A stretch of DNA of 64,000 bases from Candidatus Borrarchaeum weybense (GCA_019057385.1 JAHQJS010000006.1:549038-613037), one strand, 5' to 3'. Shown: positions 26,992 to 37,536, counted from the first letter of the stretch. Notes: generated by a model not told the origin, from the sequence alone. Translations and numbers: made by a program.

Positions 26992-28011
26992 ATGGGAGTT
27001 GCTTTGCTCAGATTGAAGTCATGGTTTTATCTCTTACTACAATTTGGATATGTATTCCTTGTTATTCTTTTTTTAGGGGTTCTTTTTCTAGGAATGACAA
27101 ATTTACTCGTTTATTTTGTGTTTGGCATAATAATTTTCGTGTTCTTCTATTTGATCTCAAATTATACTATGAAAAGAAGAATTAAAAAGAATGGAATTCA
27201 TTTAGAAGGAGAGGCACTTACACGTTCTGTGGGAGGCGGCTATACTGGAGGACAGATTTTTGACATGGTCAGCGAAGTATGTACTAAAAGCAATAAGCCT
27301 ATTCCACGGAATCTATATGTCCTAAGAGACTCAAGTCTTAATGCATTCACTTTCGGTGGAGGCAGAGGGGCATGGCTAGTAGTTCACGAAGGACTTCTGC
27401 GAGGATTACGAGAAGATGAAATAAAGGCTGTGATTGCTCATGAAGTTGGTCACATTCGCCACGGCGATGCTCGAATGATGATTGCCCTTATGGCGATTCC
27501 TTTTATTGTGGGGCTCATCGCAAGAAGTTTACTTTGGGGAGGTATTTACGGAAGTTACGGCGCTCGTAGGCAACGAGGAGGTGGAGCGGCTGTTGCAATG
27601 CTTATTGGTGGAATATTATTAGTGTCGGTATTCTTTCTCCAACTGCTCAGCTTAGCTTTTTCGAGATCTAGAGAATACTTAGCGGATGTTCATGGAGCCC
27701 GTGTAGCGGGACCAGAAGCTATGTCTAATGCCTTACTACGTATAAGTAACGGTATTTCAGTAAATGACATTGCTGCACGTCAGAGTTCAAAAATGGCAGA
27801 TTCGCTTCTCATAAGTCCACGTTACCTTTCCCATGGGCGAGAAGGTAGCTATTGGGCATCTTTTGATGTCGACAGATCGGGGGCTTTGGATACAGAAGAA
27901 CTTAGAAATGCAGCATCTCGGACAAAAAGAGTCGGTGATGGTGTTCTTTCAACACATCCTGCTATACACAATAGGATTCTAAATATCGCGAAAAATGTCT
28001 TAATGACATAA
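26992..28011 (+). CDS. htpX: HtpX-family (M48) zinc metalloprotease with an EF-hand-like loop
   Basis: NAFTFG, AHEVGH, SRSREYLAD, STHP; loop DVDRSGALDTEEL. Confidence 0.92.
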   Translation: MGVALLRLKSWFYLLLQFGYVFLVILFLGVLFLGMTNLLVYFVFGIIIFVFFYLISNYTMKRRIKKNGIHLEGEALTRSVGGGYTGGQIFDMVSEVCTKSNKPIPRNLYVLRDSSLNAFTFGGGRGAWLVVHEGLLRGLREDEIKAVIAHEVGHIRHGDARMMIALMAIPFIVGLIARSLLWGGIYGSYGARRQRGGGAAVAMLIGGILLVSVFFLQLLSLAFSRSREYLADVHGARVAGPEAMSNALLRISNGISVNDIAARQSSKMADSLLISPRYLSHGREGSYWASFDVDRSGALDTEELRNAASRTKRVGDGVLSTHPAIHNRILNIAKNVLMT

Positions 28012-28061
28012 AAATTCGTTTTTTTCTTTTTCTATTTTTAATTAAAAAATAAAAAAGAGGT

Positions 28062-29885
28062 TTAATCGACAATTTGTAAACGTCGAAGCGTTTCCTGCTT
28101 TGGAATTCCGTTTTGATCCCACTCGCGTAGATCATAGTATTCGCTAAGCATCGTGTTGAAGTTTTCTTTTCCAATAACTTTTCCAGCAGCTGGGCCATTA
28201 GGCAATGGTTCTTCGAGGATTCTATAAGGTATTTTATCATCCTTTCTAGATACTCCTTGTTGTGTTGCAATATACCTCTCTGTATTGCAAATTCTTTCAC
28301 CTATCTCGCCTAGATTCCAGCTCTCGGTTCCTGTAATTGCCTTAAGGAGTGCAATGATCATATCTTCGGGAACTGCCCTGCTTCCTATTACGCAGACAAT
28401 GCAGCTATCTAATATGCTACGGAAGTGTTGCAGTCCTATCACTAAACCTGCCTTTCCGTCTGTGGAAAACCTGTCATACTCACCAGTTAAAACTTCTGCA
28501 CCGATAGTCCATGATTTCAAATGACACGCCCCCCTAGGCGATGTAGCATACCCCAATGCCATCCCCCAGACTGCGCGTGGGTCGTAGGCTGGAAATTCCA
28601 GTCCCTTCACTTGGAGTGCAAAATTCATTGAGTCTTGACCGACTTTTTCAGCGCATGCTCTCGTTCCTTCCGCAAGAACATTACCGAATCCTTCTCTATT
28701 AGCCATCATTTCAATAAGCTTTAAAATTGATTCCTCATCGCCCCATTTTAGTTCAGGCAGTTCTGCTTTCCAGTGATCTAAGTAGCCCTTTTCATAGCAT
28801 TCTAGCGCAAAGCCAGCAGTTACACCGGCAGAAATAGTATCCATTCCATATTCATCACAGAGAATGTTCGCCATAAGAGTTCCATTGAATTCATTCATAC
28901 CGCAGTTAGTCCCCAAACTCCAGAAACTTTCGTATTCAGGTCCGTCAGCAATTTTTCCTTTATGTTTTCCTTCTTTAATCTCACTTAGTTTGCCACAGAC
29001 TAGTGTGCACCCATAACAACCTGTATTTTTCGTAACATAATTAGCTACCCATGTTTCAGCGTCAAATTTACCGATGAGATCCATTTGTGCAATTTGCCCA
29101 TTTTTGCCTGTATAGACGCCGTTTTCGCTCATTGATGCAATAAGTTGAACCGTACCCAATCTATGAAAGTTTTGAGCAGCTGGATTCTCTTTTGTTTCGC
29201 GGGTCACATCTTTAATCAAAGCCTTTAATTTATCTTCGTCATGTAATTCTGGTGTTTTTGAGCCTTTTGCAACCATAGCTTTAAGGTTTTTTGAACCAAA
29301 AACCGCTCCAAGTCCTCCTCTTCCTGCTGCCCTATGATTGTGTGCTACTACGTCAAACACTGAGGCAACTTCTACTAATTTTTCTCCCGCAGGCCCTATC
29401 ATTACAGCGCTAGGAAAATTTTCCTTTTCTTCAAGTTTCTTCCGTGTTTCACTTACTTTCAACCCCCATAATTGTGAAGCGTCTTCGAAACGTATTTGAT
29501 CATCTTGAATTGCTAGATATACTGGCGTCTCTGAAGCACCAGTGAGCATTAAACCATCGTATCCACTTCGTTTTAATTCGACACCGAAGCGTCCACCAGT
29601 GTTCGTACAAAGATATATGCCAGTTAACGGACTTTTACTGACAAATTCATACCTTTGACATACTGGTATCATAGGTTTTGTGCCAGTAAATGGCCCTAGC
29701 ATACAGAAAATGGAATTTTCGGGTGAAAGTGGATCAACGTTTGGTGGAACATTGTCTAACATAAGTCGTGCGCCTAGTCCACGTCCTCCTATATAATGCT
29801 TTGCCAGTTTTTCTTCTAACGGAATTTCTTTTATCGCTTTATTTGTGAGATCAATGCTTAAGATTTTTCCCATATAACCTTTCAT
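28062..29885 (-). CDS. aor: Tungsten-dependent aldehyde:ferredoxin oxidoreductase family protein
   Basis: KSPLTG, GRGGLGAVFGSKNLKA, CYGCTLVC, GPEYE, GMDTISAG, YDPR, RGACH. Confidence 0.95.
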   Translation of the reverse strand: MKGYMGKILSIDLTNKAIKEIPLEEKLAKHYIGGRGLGARLMLDNVPPNVDPLSPENSIFCMLGPFTGTKPMIPVCQRYEFVSKSPLTGIYLCTNTGGRFGVELKRSGYDGLMLTGASETPVYLAIQDDQIRFEDASQLWGLKVSETRKKLEEKENFPSAVMIGPAGEKLVEVASVFDVVAHNHRAAGRGGLGAVFGSKNLKAMVAKGSKTPELHDEDKLKALIKDVTRETKENPAAQNFHRLGTVQLIASMSENGVYTGKNGQIAQMDLIGKFDAETWVANYVTKNTGCYGCTLVCGKLSEIKEGKHKGKIADGPEYESFWSLGTNCGMNEFNGTLMANILCDEYGMDTISAGVTAGFALECYEKGYLDHWKAELPELKWGDEESILKLIEMMANREGFGNVLAEGTRACAEKVGQDSMNFALQVKGLEFPAYDPRAVWGMALGYATSPRGACHLKSWTIGAEVLTGEYDRFSTDGKAGLVIGLQHFRSILDSCIVCVIGSRAVPEDMIIALLKAITGTESWNLGEIGERICNTERYIATQQGVSRKDDKIPYRILEEPLPNGPAAGKVIGKENFNTMLSEYYDLREWDQNGIPKQETLRRLQIVD

Positions 29886-30021
29886 TCGTGCTCACCTTTC
29901 AATTCTAATCATTTCGGTTCTTTTAGAAATCCTCTTCTTTATGTTTGTCGGTTTCTTTTTAATTGTTTGCAAAAGTAAAGTATGAAAAAGTATATTTTAG
30001 AATTAAACCACAAATCTTGAA

Positions 30022-31476
30022 TTAAATTGAACTAAAAAGAATAACAACAACTGAAATGACAAGTCCGCCTATTAATGCAACAATCACGCCCGATTTCATC
30101 AAATCCTTTCTATCTATTACACCAGTGTTAACAAGCAAGGCATTATTTGGTGTACCAAAAACAGTACAGAGTGCAAGAGATGCTGCTAATCCCACAGCCA
30201 TAACTGTGACACTTGGATTCAAGCCTAAAAGAAGTGCTATGCTTATGGCAATTGGTGTGCAAATAGCAACAGTTGCAGTATTTGCCAGTACATTGGTTAT
30301 TAAAATAGTTACAAATGTGATTAAAATAACTACTGCAAAAAGTGGAATCCCAGCTAAAGGTTGGATGAGGAGAGTAGCGATCCAGTTTGCGGTGCCAGAC
30401 ACTAAAAACGCCTTGCCTAAAGCTATGCCTGCGCCTAAGAGCAAATACATACCAAAAGCTCCCAGACGCGCATCGTCCCACTCTAACGCCCCTATGGCAA
30501 AAAGTATCACTGCAGCTGCAATACCCACCACTGCGACACTAAGGAGTGTTCGTGGCAGTCCGAAGGCAGCCTCAATCTCTGAACCTATAATCCATAGAAT
30601 CACCGTAGGTATAAACACACCTAATGTCTTTTTCTCACCATTTGACAAAGGAGGTAGGTTAGAACGCTCTTGACGAATTTCTGAAATATTTATGGAGGGT
30701 AGTTTGACAGGAAAAAGTTTTAATAAAACTAGAAGAGTTGCGATCATTATAAGAAGTGCAGATGGAAGTCCAATTTTCATCCAATCAATAAATGTAAAGG
30801 TTGTAACTTCTTCAATAAATCCTGATGCTAGTGCGTTTGGACCGGTTCCTGTAATTGTTGCCATACCGCCTAAAGCAGTACCGATGCTTGCACCAACAAG
30901 CAGTAAAATAGTTAAGTTTTTTTTATCTTGTGGATCTTCTATCTTTTCAACAATTACCAAAATTATTGGAATAAAAATTGCTAGTACTGCAGTATTTGAT
31001 ATCCACATACTCAAAAAGGTAGTTACAAATAAAAGTGCTAGAAGAACGCTTTTAATAGACCCTTTTATATTAGAAAGAATCATTAGAGAAAGACGACGAT
31101 CTAGACCATGTTTTCTTATTGCTTCAGCAATAATAATCGATGATAATAAAATATAGATTACTGGATGTGCAAAGGAAGCAAATGCTGCAGTTGCACCTTC
31201 CTCAAACACTCCATAAGCGACCAATAATACAGGTACTATAAGAGATGTAACGGGAAGAGGTAGTACTTCAAAACTCCACATAAGTGCCGCAAAGAGAAAA
31301 ATGCCTAAAGTCCATTGTATTTTCTGAGGGATCGGAAGAGGAAAAAATGTAAAGAACATCAATACAATAACTGAAATAATTAATTTCAATTTCTTCTTTT
31401 CAGTTTGGAGACGTCCTTTAAGTGCCTCTTGAAAATAACGTCCTGTAATCTTCTTTACGTCATTATTTTCTGTCAT
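30022..31476 (-). CDS. SLC13/DASS-family anion transporter
   Basis: LSMWISNTA, GTGPNA, ANTA, GTPNNA. Confidence 0.92.
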   Translation of the reverse strand: MTENNDVKKITGRYFQEALKGRLQTEKKKLKLIISVIVLMFFTFFPLPIPQKIQWTLGIFLFAALMWSFEVLPLPVTSLIVPVLLVAYGVFEEGATAAFASFAHPVIYILLSSIIIAEAIRKHGLDRRLSLMILSNIKGSIKSVLLALLFVTTFLSMWISNTAVLAIFIPIILVIVEKIEDPQDKKNLTILLLVGASIGTALGGMATITGTGPNALASGFIEEVTTFTFIDWMKIGLPSALLIMIATLLVLLKLFPVKLPSINISEIRQERSNLPPLSNGEKKTLGVFIPTVILWIIGSEIEAAFGLPRTLLSVAVVGIAAAVILFAIGALEWDDARLGAFGMYLLLGAGIALGKAFLVSGTANWIATLLIQPLAGIPLFAVVILITFVTILITNVLANTATVAICTPIAISIALLLGLNPSVTVMAVGLAASLALCTVFGTPNNALLVNTGVIDRKDLMKSGVIVALIGGLVISVVVILFSSI

Positions 31477-31609
31477 ATCATTTCAACATTAGGATGTAAT
31501 TTTTATATTAAAAAAGAAATTTTAAGCTTTAATGCATCAGAAGAACTCAATTAAACAAAACAGTGACAAGAATTAGAGTATGAAATTAAGAATTATGAAT
31601 GAAGGTGAA

Positions 31610-32020
31610 CTAACCTCGATCTTCTATAATTCTTTTGGCAATTGAATACTTTGTAAGCCGATCAACAGTTTTTCTGCTGAGTACACCAACCAGTTTACCT
31701 TCGTCGTTCACAACCACTAATCTGTGCACTTTTGATTTCAAGAATTCATCATCAGAAATGTCTAAAGCGTTTTTATTCTCATGGACTGTATGGACTGGCT
31801 TCACCATAACGTCACGCGCCAATAATATAGTTGGGTTCTTCCCTTCCGCAATTAGTTTAAAAATAATACCGTCAGTAACGATACCTACTGGTTTTTCATT
31901 TTCTAAGACGACAACACTACCCACCCAATTATCTAACATCATTTTAGAAACCATGGGTATACTCTCATCAGGTCTACAGGTTACAACATTGCGCCGTGCT
32001 ACATCTTTAACTATCACCAT
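31610..32020 (-). CDS. CBS-domain pair protein
   Basis: Two CBS motifs (VGSVVV...PVGIVTD; HRLVVV...LVGVLS). Confidence 0.92.
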   Translation of the reverse strand: MVIVKDVARRNVVTCRPDESIPMVSKMMLDNWVGSVVVLENEKPVGIVTDGIIFKLIAEGKNPTILLARDVMVKPVHTVHENKNALDISDDEFLKSKVHRLVVVNDEGKLVGVLSRKTVDRLTKYSIAKRIIEDRG

Positions 32021-32201
32021 TCGTAGCCTCCTTTTTCACAAAATATACAATTTATTGAATAGACTTCTTAGAGGAAACCGGTTAGGGTTTCTTCTTAAAA
32101 AGATTACTATTGAAGTTTCCTCATTGAGAAACTTATTAAGAATCAAGAACTTTTATTAATAATCAGTTAGTTCAATCCTCAGTCAACTGGATGCTAAGAG
32201 A

Positions 32202-34199
32202 ATGACATCGACGAAAAAAGAAATCTCAATGGTGAATCTTCTTCCAATTCTTATTGGGATAACACAATCACTTCGTTCTCACCCGGAAATAAAGAAAGCA
32301 TCTGCAGGACGAGGAACCTTGGCATTTTTCGAACTTTTAAGAAGCTTGGTTGTATTAAACGGACAGCGCGTAACAAAGAACTATATCAAGAAAGCAGCAT
32401 TGGTCACCTTACCGCATCGTATTGCAGTTAATTCGCTTAGACCTTCTGAGGAAATAGTTGAAGAGATAATTGATCAGGTTTTAGATAACAAAGAGACTTC
32501 GATATCAATTTTACCTCCTTCAGAGGTACCTTTAACTCAAAATAGTCAAACAGAAAATAATGCGCTGCTACGTGAACTTATGAAATTCGTAGGGCAGAAA
32601 AATAAAAATCAACAACCAAGTTCCGCTCTAAGACCTGTCCTGCGATCACTTCATCCTGATTTTCCTGGGTATTTTACACAACAGACTCATGGTTTTACCA
32701 TTGAAGATTTAGCAAAACTCCTTCAAATGCCTCGCTCTGAATTGGAAAAACAATATCCCACTCTTTCTAACTTCTTCAGTAAACTAAAGCAACTTTATCA
32801 ATCACAAACGCCGAGCCAAGAACTTATGAGCTTACTTCATACGTTACCAAATCAACTTGAGCGACTAGGTTTCATAAGAGGAATGAATGAGCATAATTGG
32901 CATCCAAGCGCAATTTTTACATTTACTCCTACTGCAATCGACCTAGTTGGCAAAGATATAGTTGAACAATTATTGGGAGCAGCATTTGGACAACTAGTTT
33001 TAGAAAGCGAAATGGAACAAGTGTCACAAGCGAATCAAACGATTACGGAAGATGTTTCAAAAAATCTTTTCCGAGAACTTCTGGAAGCAATTCAAACTAT
33101 TATTGACCAAAGAGGTCTTGCATCGCCCCAGTCTCTATTGAATGAATCTAACGTTAAATCACTAATAGAAGAGCGATTAAGGGAAAGACTTCAAGTTGAA
33201 CCAGACCTGCTAAGGTACGATCACCTTTTGGCAGCTCTTGATGAACTCCAGACACTCTTGGAAAAACTGGAACTAACAGGATATGTCAAATTGAAGGACA
33301 AAATTACACTTACCACGAAAGCTTATGCATTACTCTTTGAAGAACTTATTCCAGAAGTAGAGAAAATTGTCTCTAAGAGTCAAGAGGGTCATAGGTCTAA
33401 AAAAATCATAAGAAAAATAGGTGAACGATCACTAGATATTAGACCATACAAAAATGGGGATAATTATAGGGATATATCTATTCAAAGGACAATTAAGACC
33501 CTCGTACGTCAAGGCAAACAACTTGATGCAGTTAAAAGGAAAGATTTCCAGATTTATCAGAAAAACCCTCCAACAAATATGGCTATAGCAGTTGCACTTG
33601 ATATCAGTTCCAGTATGGGTGAGTTTCAGAAATTGTATTATGCAAGAAAAGCAGCAGTTGGCCTGACATATGCTGCACAACGAAAAGGAGATAAAGTGGG
33701 TGTAATAACTTTTTCAGACCAAGCGCGTGTGTTGACACAACTTTCGTTAGATGTCAATTTAATTCTTAACAAAGTGTTTCAACAAAGGGCTGATGGTAAT
33801 ACTAACATTCAAGAGGCTCTTTTACTCTCAAGACATCTGTTGAATCAAGGAGGATTAAATGGAATTCATAAGCATATAATAATGCTTTCAGATACAGTTC
33901 CAACCACTTATTCCACTCTTAATGAGAATATTGAGGATCATCTTAGGTTTGATCTTCCTGAAAGAAAGCATTATGCATATCAAGCAGCAGTTCATCAAGC
34001 AAAATTATGTCGTCGACAGGATATTTCGCTTTCAATAGTATGTATAAGGCGTGGTCACCATGTTGACGAAAAATTTGCAAGAAAACTTGCTTTAGATATC
34101 GGTCAAGGATCTCTTTATTTCCTTGAGAATGAATCTAGCCTTCTTAAGGCGACTCTCGATGATTATATGACCATAAGAAATAGATATCTTGCTTCCTGA
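32202..34199 (+). CDS. vWA-domain protein with an N-terminal AAA-lid-like segment
   Basis: MIDAS DISSSM, TNIQEAL, IIMLSD. The N-terminal S.GRG.LA...LPHRI resembles a MoxR/ChlI lid. Confidence 0.85.
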   Translation: MTSTKKEISMVNLLPILIGITQSLRSHPEIKKASAGRGTLAFFELLRSLVVLNGQRVTKNYIKKAALVTLPHRIAVNSLRPSEEIVEEIIDQVLDNKETSISILPPSEVPLTQNSQTENNALLRELMKFVGQKNKNQQPSSALRPVLRSLHPDFPGYFTQQTHGFTIEDLAKLLQMPRSELEKQYPTLSNFFSKLKQLYQSQTPSQELMSLLHTLPNQLERLGFIRGMNEHNWHPSAIFTFTPTAIDLVGKDIVEQLLGAAFGQLVLESEMEQVSQANQTITEDVSKNLFRELLEAIQTIIDQRGLASPQSLLNESNVKSLIEERLRERLQVEPDLLRYDHLLAALDELQTLLEKLELTGYVKLKDKITLTTKAYALLFEELIPEVEKIVSKSQEGHRSKKIIRKIGERSLDIRPYKNGDNYRDISIQRTIKTLVRQGKQLDAVKRKDFQIYQKNPPTNMAIAVALDISSSMGEFQKLYYARKAAVGLTYAAQRKGDKVGVITFSDQARVLTQLSLDVNLILNKVFQQRADGNTNIQEALLLSRHLLNQGGLNGIHKHIIMLSDTVPTTYSTLNENIEDHLRFDLPERKHYAYQAAVHQAKLCRRQDISLSIVCIRRGHHVDEKFARKLALDIGQGSLYFLENESSLLKATLDDYMTIRNRYLAS

Positions 34200-34426
34200 T
34201 AGTAAATAATGATCTTAGCAGTTTTTCACTGATTTTCCACACCTTGAGTATATTACTCTTGAAGAAGTTATCCACTATTCTAAGAGGTCACGTGAGCACT
34301 TTTCTGAGGCCTCAATGTTTAGTCAACCAGATATAAGATACTCTTAAGGATGATCGATGGATTTAGTTATAAATAGGAGATTTTGTTTATTTTTTGGCAT
34401 ACTCTCGGGGGAAAATAGTATTCCTT

Positions 34427-34473
34427 GTGAACTACCTCACGCTAAAGCAGTGGTGCTTTCTTGCTTAGCTACT
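34427..34473. mobile_element. IS605-derived single-hairpin mini-element, family A
   Basis: GTGAACTACCTCACGCTAAAGCAGTG (matches the 3086 end) joined to GTGCTTTCTTGCTTAGCTACT (matches 481-501). Confidence 0.8.
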
Positions 34474-34758
34474 TGTAAAAACTGTGATTGTTTCATTTCT
34501 TCTGTGCAAAAGCGTTTACTTGCTTCATTTTGTGTTAGTCTTCACTAATCTCTTCACTCTATTGGTAGTGACTTAGCTGCAATCTAGTTTTTAAAACTCT
34601 ACTTCCATATCAAGTTTCAAAATGTAACCAAATTTTTATTAAACACGTCATTACTTAAGTATAACCGCTTAATTAGTTACAGTTTTGATTAATTGAGCAC
34701 ATCTATAAAATGAGGGATAAGCTTGTGGAAGTTCAATTATATATAATTACCTACCTCA

Positions 34759-34807
34759 TTATTTGATAACGGCGAGAAACCCCTTCCGAAAGGGCGAAGT
34801 AGTTCAC
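34759..34807 (+). mobile_element. IS605-derived single-hairpin mini-element, family B
   Basis: TTATTTGATAACGGCGAGAAACCCCTTCCGAAAGGGCGAAGTAGTTCAC. Confidence 0.7.
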
Positions 34808-34959
34808 AATACAAGTTTCTATACACTTATGGCGCAGGTCATAGCCAGACTCTCCTTATCTGATTTTCTTTGGAATAATGTTAAAGAGAGTCCTAGAACG
34901 CGTTATATCTCTCTTCTATTACGCAGCAGATCAGGTTACAAAGAAGAAGGTGAGTTAAG

Positions 34960-36177
34960 GTGCAAGTAGAGCGATTTGCAATTCAAATGTTGCTTATAGT
35001 GGGTTTAATCATTATTGTTGGCTTTGTGGCTGGTAAACTTTTCCAAAGACTAAAACTTCCACGAGTGTTGGGCTTCATAGTCTTAGGGCTAATTTTCGGC
35101 AGTGTTGGAGCCATTCCGCCCTCAGCAATAGAAAGTTTACGCCCTATAGTCGATTTGGCTTTAGGGTTCATCGGTTTCAGGATTGGGAGCGAGCTAGATG
35201 TTAAGGAACTATTTAAGACCTCTAAAAAACTCTTTATAATACTCATATGCGAGTCGATAGGCACTTTTGTCCTTGTCACATTAGTATTCAATTTAGTGTT
35301 TGGGCAGTTGTACATTAGCCTAATTTTCGGAGCGATAGCGTCTGCAACAGCCCCTGCAGCTACTGTTGAAGTGATCAGAGAGTACTGCGCAAAAGGAGAG
35401 TTAACCCAAATCATCCTCTACATCCTTGCCTTAGATGATATTATAGCCGTATTATTATTCAATATTGTAATAATTTATGCCTCACCACAGGTCGCATGGA
35501 GTTTGATTACACTTTTTACCCCTCTAATAGAGATTGTCAGCGCTTTCCTATTAGGAGGCTTATTAGGATACGTCCTTGTAAGGGTGGAAGAATTATTTAA
35601 AGATGAAACCGAATGGTTGATATTAACGGTTGCCTCAGTTATACTCTGCACAGGCATGTCTCAATTTTTCGGGTTTTCAAGCATTTTGTCAAATATGGCC
35701 GTTGGAATTACTATGGAGAATCTTCATGCTGTAAAAATTAAACAATTCGAGGAAAAAATTGAAATTATTATGTTGCCACTTTTTATTGGGTTTTTCGTTT
35801 TAACAGGTGCCAAGTTGAATTTAGCGATTCTTGCTGAGGTTATAGAACTTGCAGCTATTTATGTGGGTGCTAGAACTGCAGGAAAGTTAGTAGGTGCATA
35901 TGGAGGCACTAAATTTGCAAATGAATCCTCAAAAATCGCTAATAATCTTGGATTTTCACTCCTCTCTCAAGCTGGTGTGGCATTAGGGCTTGCATATCTT
36001 GCAAGTACCCAACTGGCGCTGCATGGAAATGTTGCTCTTGGTATGCTCATTTTTAACGTAATTACAGCCTCAGTACTTATAACGGATTTATTTGGCCCTC
36101 TTGGTGTTAAATTTTCTCTACATAGCGCTAAGGAAGTTATGTTAGATCAGGAGATGTGGGAAGAGATTGAAACATGA
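34960..36177 (+). CDS. Cation:proton antiporter (CPA/Kef-type membrane domain)
   Basis: ALGFIGF.IG.E, ASATAPAAT, LALDD, FFVL.GA, QAGVALGLA. Confidence 0.92.
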   Translation: MQVERFAIQMLLIVGLIIIVGFVAGKLFQRLKLPRVLGFIVLGLIFGSVGAIPPSAIESLRPIVDLALGFIGFRIGSELDVKELFKTSKKLFIILICESIGTFVLVTLVFNLVFGQLYISLIFGAIASATAPAATVEVIREYCAKGELTQIILYILALDDIIAVLLFNIVIIYASPQVAWSLITLFTPLIEIVSAFLLGGLLGYVLVRVEELFKDETEWLILTVASVILCTGMSQFFGFSSILSNMAVGITMENLHAVKIKQFEEKIEIIMLPLFIGFFVLTGAKLNLAILAEVIELAAIYVGARTAGKLVGAYGGTKFANESSKIANNLGFSLLSQAGVALGLAYLASTQLALHGNVALGMLIFNVITASVLITDLFGPLGVKFSLHSAKEVMLDQEMWEEIET

Positions 36178-36228
36178 AAGCTATTTTAATCTCACATTGC
36201 AAGCGCGGTATGCTCAAGAAGAGTTTCA

Positions 36229-37536
36229 TTAAATTTGGGTTTCTTCTTTTGAGGTCTGGGTTATTTCCTCACCTTGTATAACTGTAGTTTCATTCATTAT
36301 TTCAGTATCTGACTCCTCACAATCAATATCTTTACTATTCGCTTCACCTGCTCTATTAATCGCATACTTAACCCCTAATGGCCCCATAAACTCCATTATA
36401 AGGACCGCTGCCATGATAACATTAAAAATAAGAAGCCCCATAATTGCTTCATTTGGTCCTATTGGCGTTAATTCGGTTATCGCAATATATGCTAATCCTA
36501 AAGCAACACCAGCTTGTGCAAGTAGGCCAAAGCCTAGATTTGTTGAGATTTTTGTATCCATTTTTGCTATACGTGCGCCACCGAAACTTCCAAGTATTTT
36601 CCCAGCAGTTCTTCCGATTATATAAAGAGCTGCAATGATTCCGACCTCAAGCAGTATACTGAAATTTAGATGGGCCCCAGTAAGCACAAAAAAACTGATG
36701 AAAATTGGTACTATTAGGACTTCAAGTTTTTCTTCTATGGGCTTAATAGAACTTCCCTTGAAGTTCGCCATCGTCACTCCCAAGGCCATGTTGGTCAAAA
36801 TGCTTGAAAATCCAAAGGTTTCAGCTAAACCAGCACACAAAATGACACTACCTAAAGTCAAAATAATCAATTCGATTTCTTCCGTAAACTGCAGTTCTAG
36901 ATAAGTCAAAATCACTCCTAATCCAACGCCAATAACAACAGCGATACCAATTTCTAATAATGGCTGTAGAATCAGAGTTATAAGCGAAATTACTCCGCTT
37001 GCCAAAGAAAATTTTACGTAGCTGAATACAAAGCTGAATAACAATACTGCCAATACATTATCCAACGCCATCACAAAAAGAATCGTCTGAGTCAGGTCGC
37101 CTTTTGCACAACATTCTTTGATCACCTCGATTGTTGCAGCGGGAGCTGTCGCAGAGGCTAAAGCCCCAAATATAAGGGCTAGATAAAGATTTGCACTCCA
37201 AGCAAAAACCAGTAATGTTACAAGCGCGAACGTGCCCATCGCTTCACACATAAGGATAATGAAGAGTTTTTTTCTTCCTTTGATAACCTTGCTGACATCA
37301 AATTCTGTGCCCACGGTGAATCCTATAAACCCTAACGCTAAATCGACGAGTGGTTGTAAATTTTCAAGTATGTCTGCATGTAGGATGAAAAGGACTGATT
37401 CCCCAAGAATTAAGCCAATAACAATAAATCCTAAAACCCGTGGAATTCTTATTTTTTGGAAGAGCTTGCCTGCTGTAAAACCTCCAATGATGATTAGACC
37501 GCCAAGGAGTAAAATTCTCAAGTCAATCTGTTGCAT
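36229..37536 (-). CDS. Cation:proton antiporter, paralogue of 34960-36177
   Basis: Same motifs, but with ALDN in place of ALDD; start ATG 37536. Confidence 0.92.
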   Translation of the reverse strand: MQQIDLRILLLGGLIIIGGFTAGKLFQKIRIPRVLGFIVIGLILGESVLFILHADILENLQPLVDLALGFIGFTVGTEFDVSKVIKGRKKLFIILMCEAMGTFALVTLLVFAWSANLYLALIFGALASATAPAATIEVIKECCAKGDLTQTILFVMALDNVLAVLLFSFVFSYVKFSLASGVISLITLILQPLLEIGIAVVIGVGLGVILTYLELQFTEEIELIILTLGSVILCAGLAETFGFSSILTNMALGVTMANFKGSSIKPIEEKLEVLIVPIFISFFVLTGAHLNFSILLEVGIIAALYIIGRTAGKILGSFGGARIAKMDTKISTNLGFGLLAQAGVALGLAYIAITELTPIGPNEAIMGLLIFNVIMAAVLIMEFMGPLGVKYAINRAGEANSKDIDCEESDTEIMNETTVIQGEEITQTSKEETQI

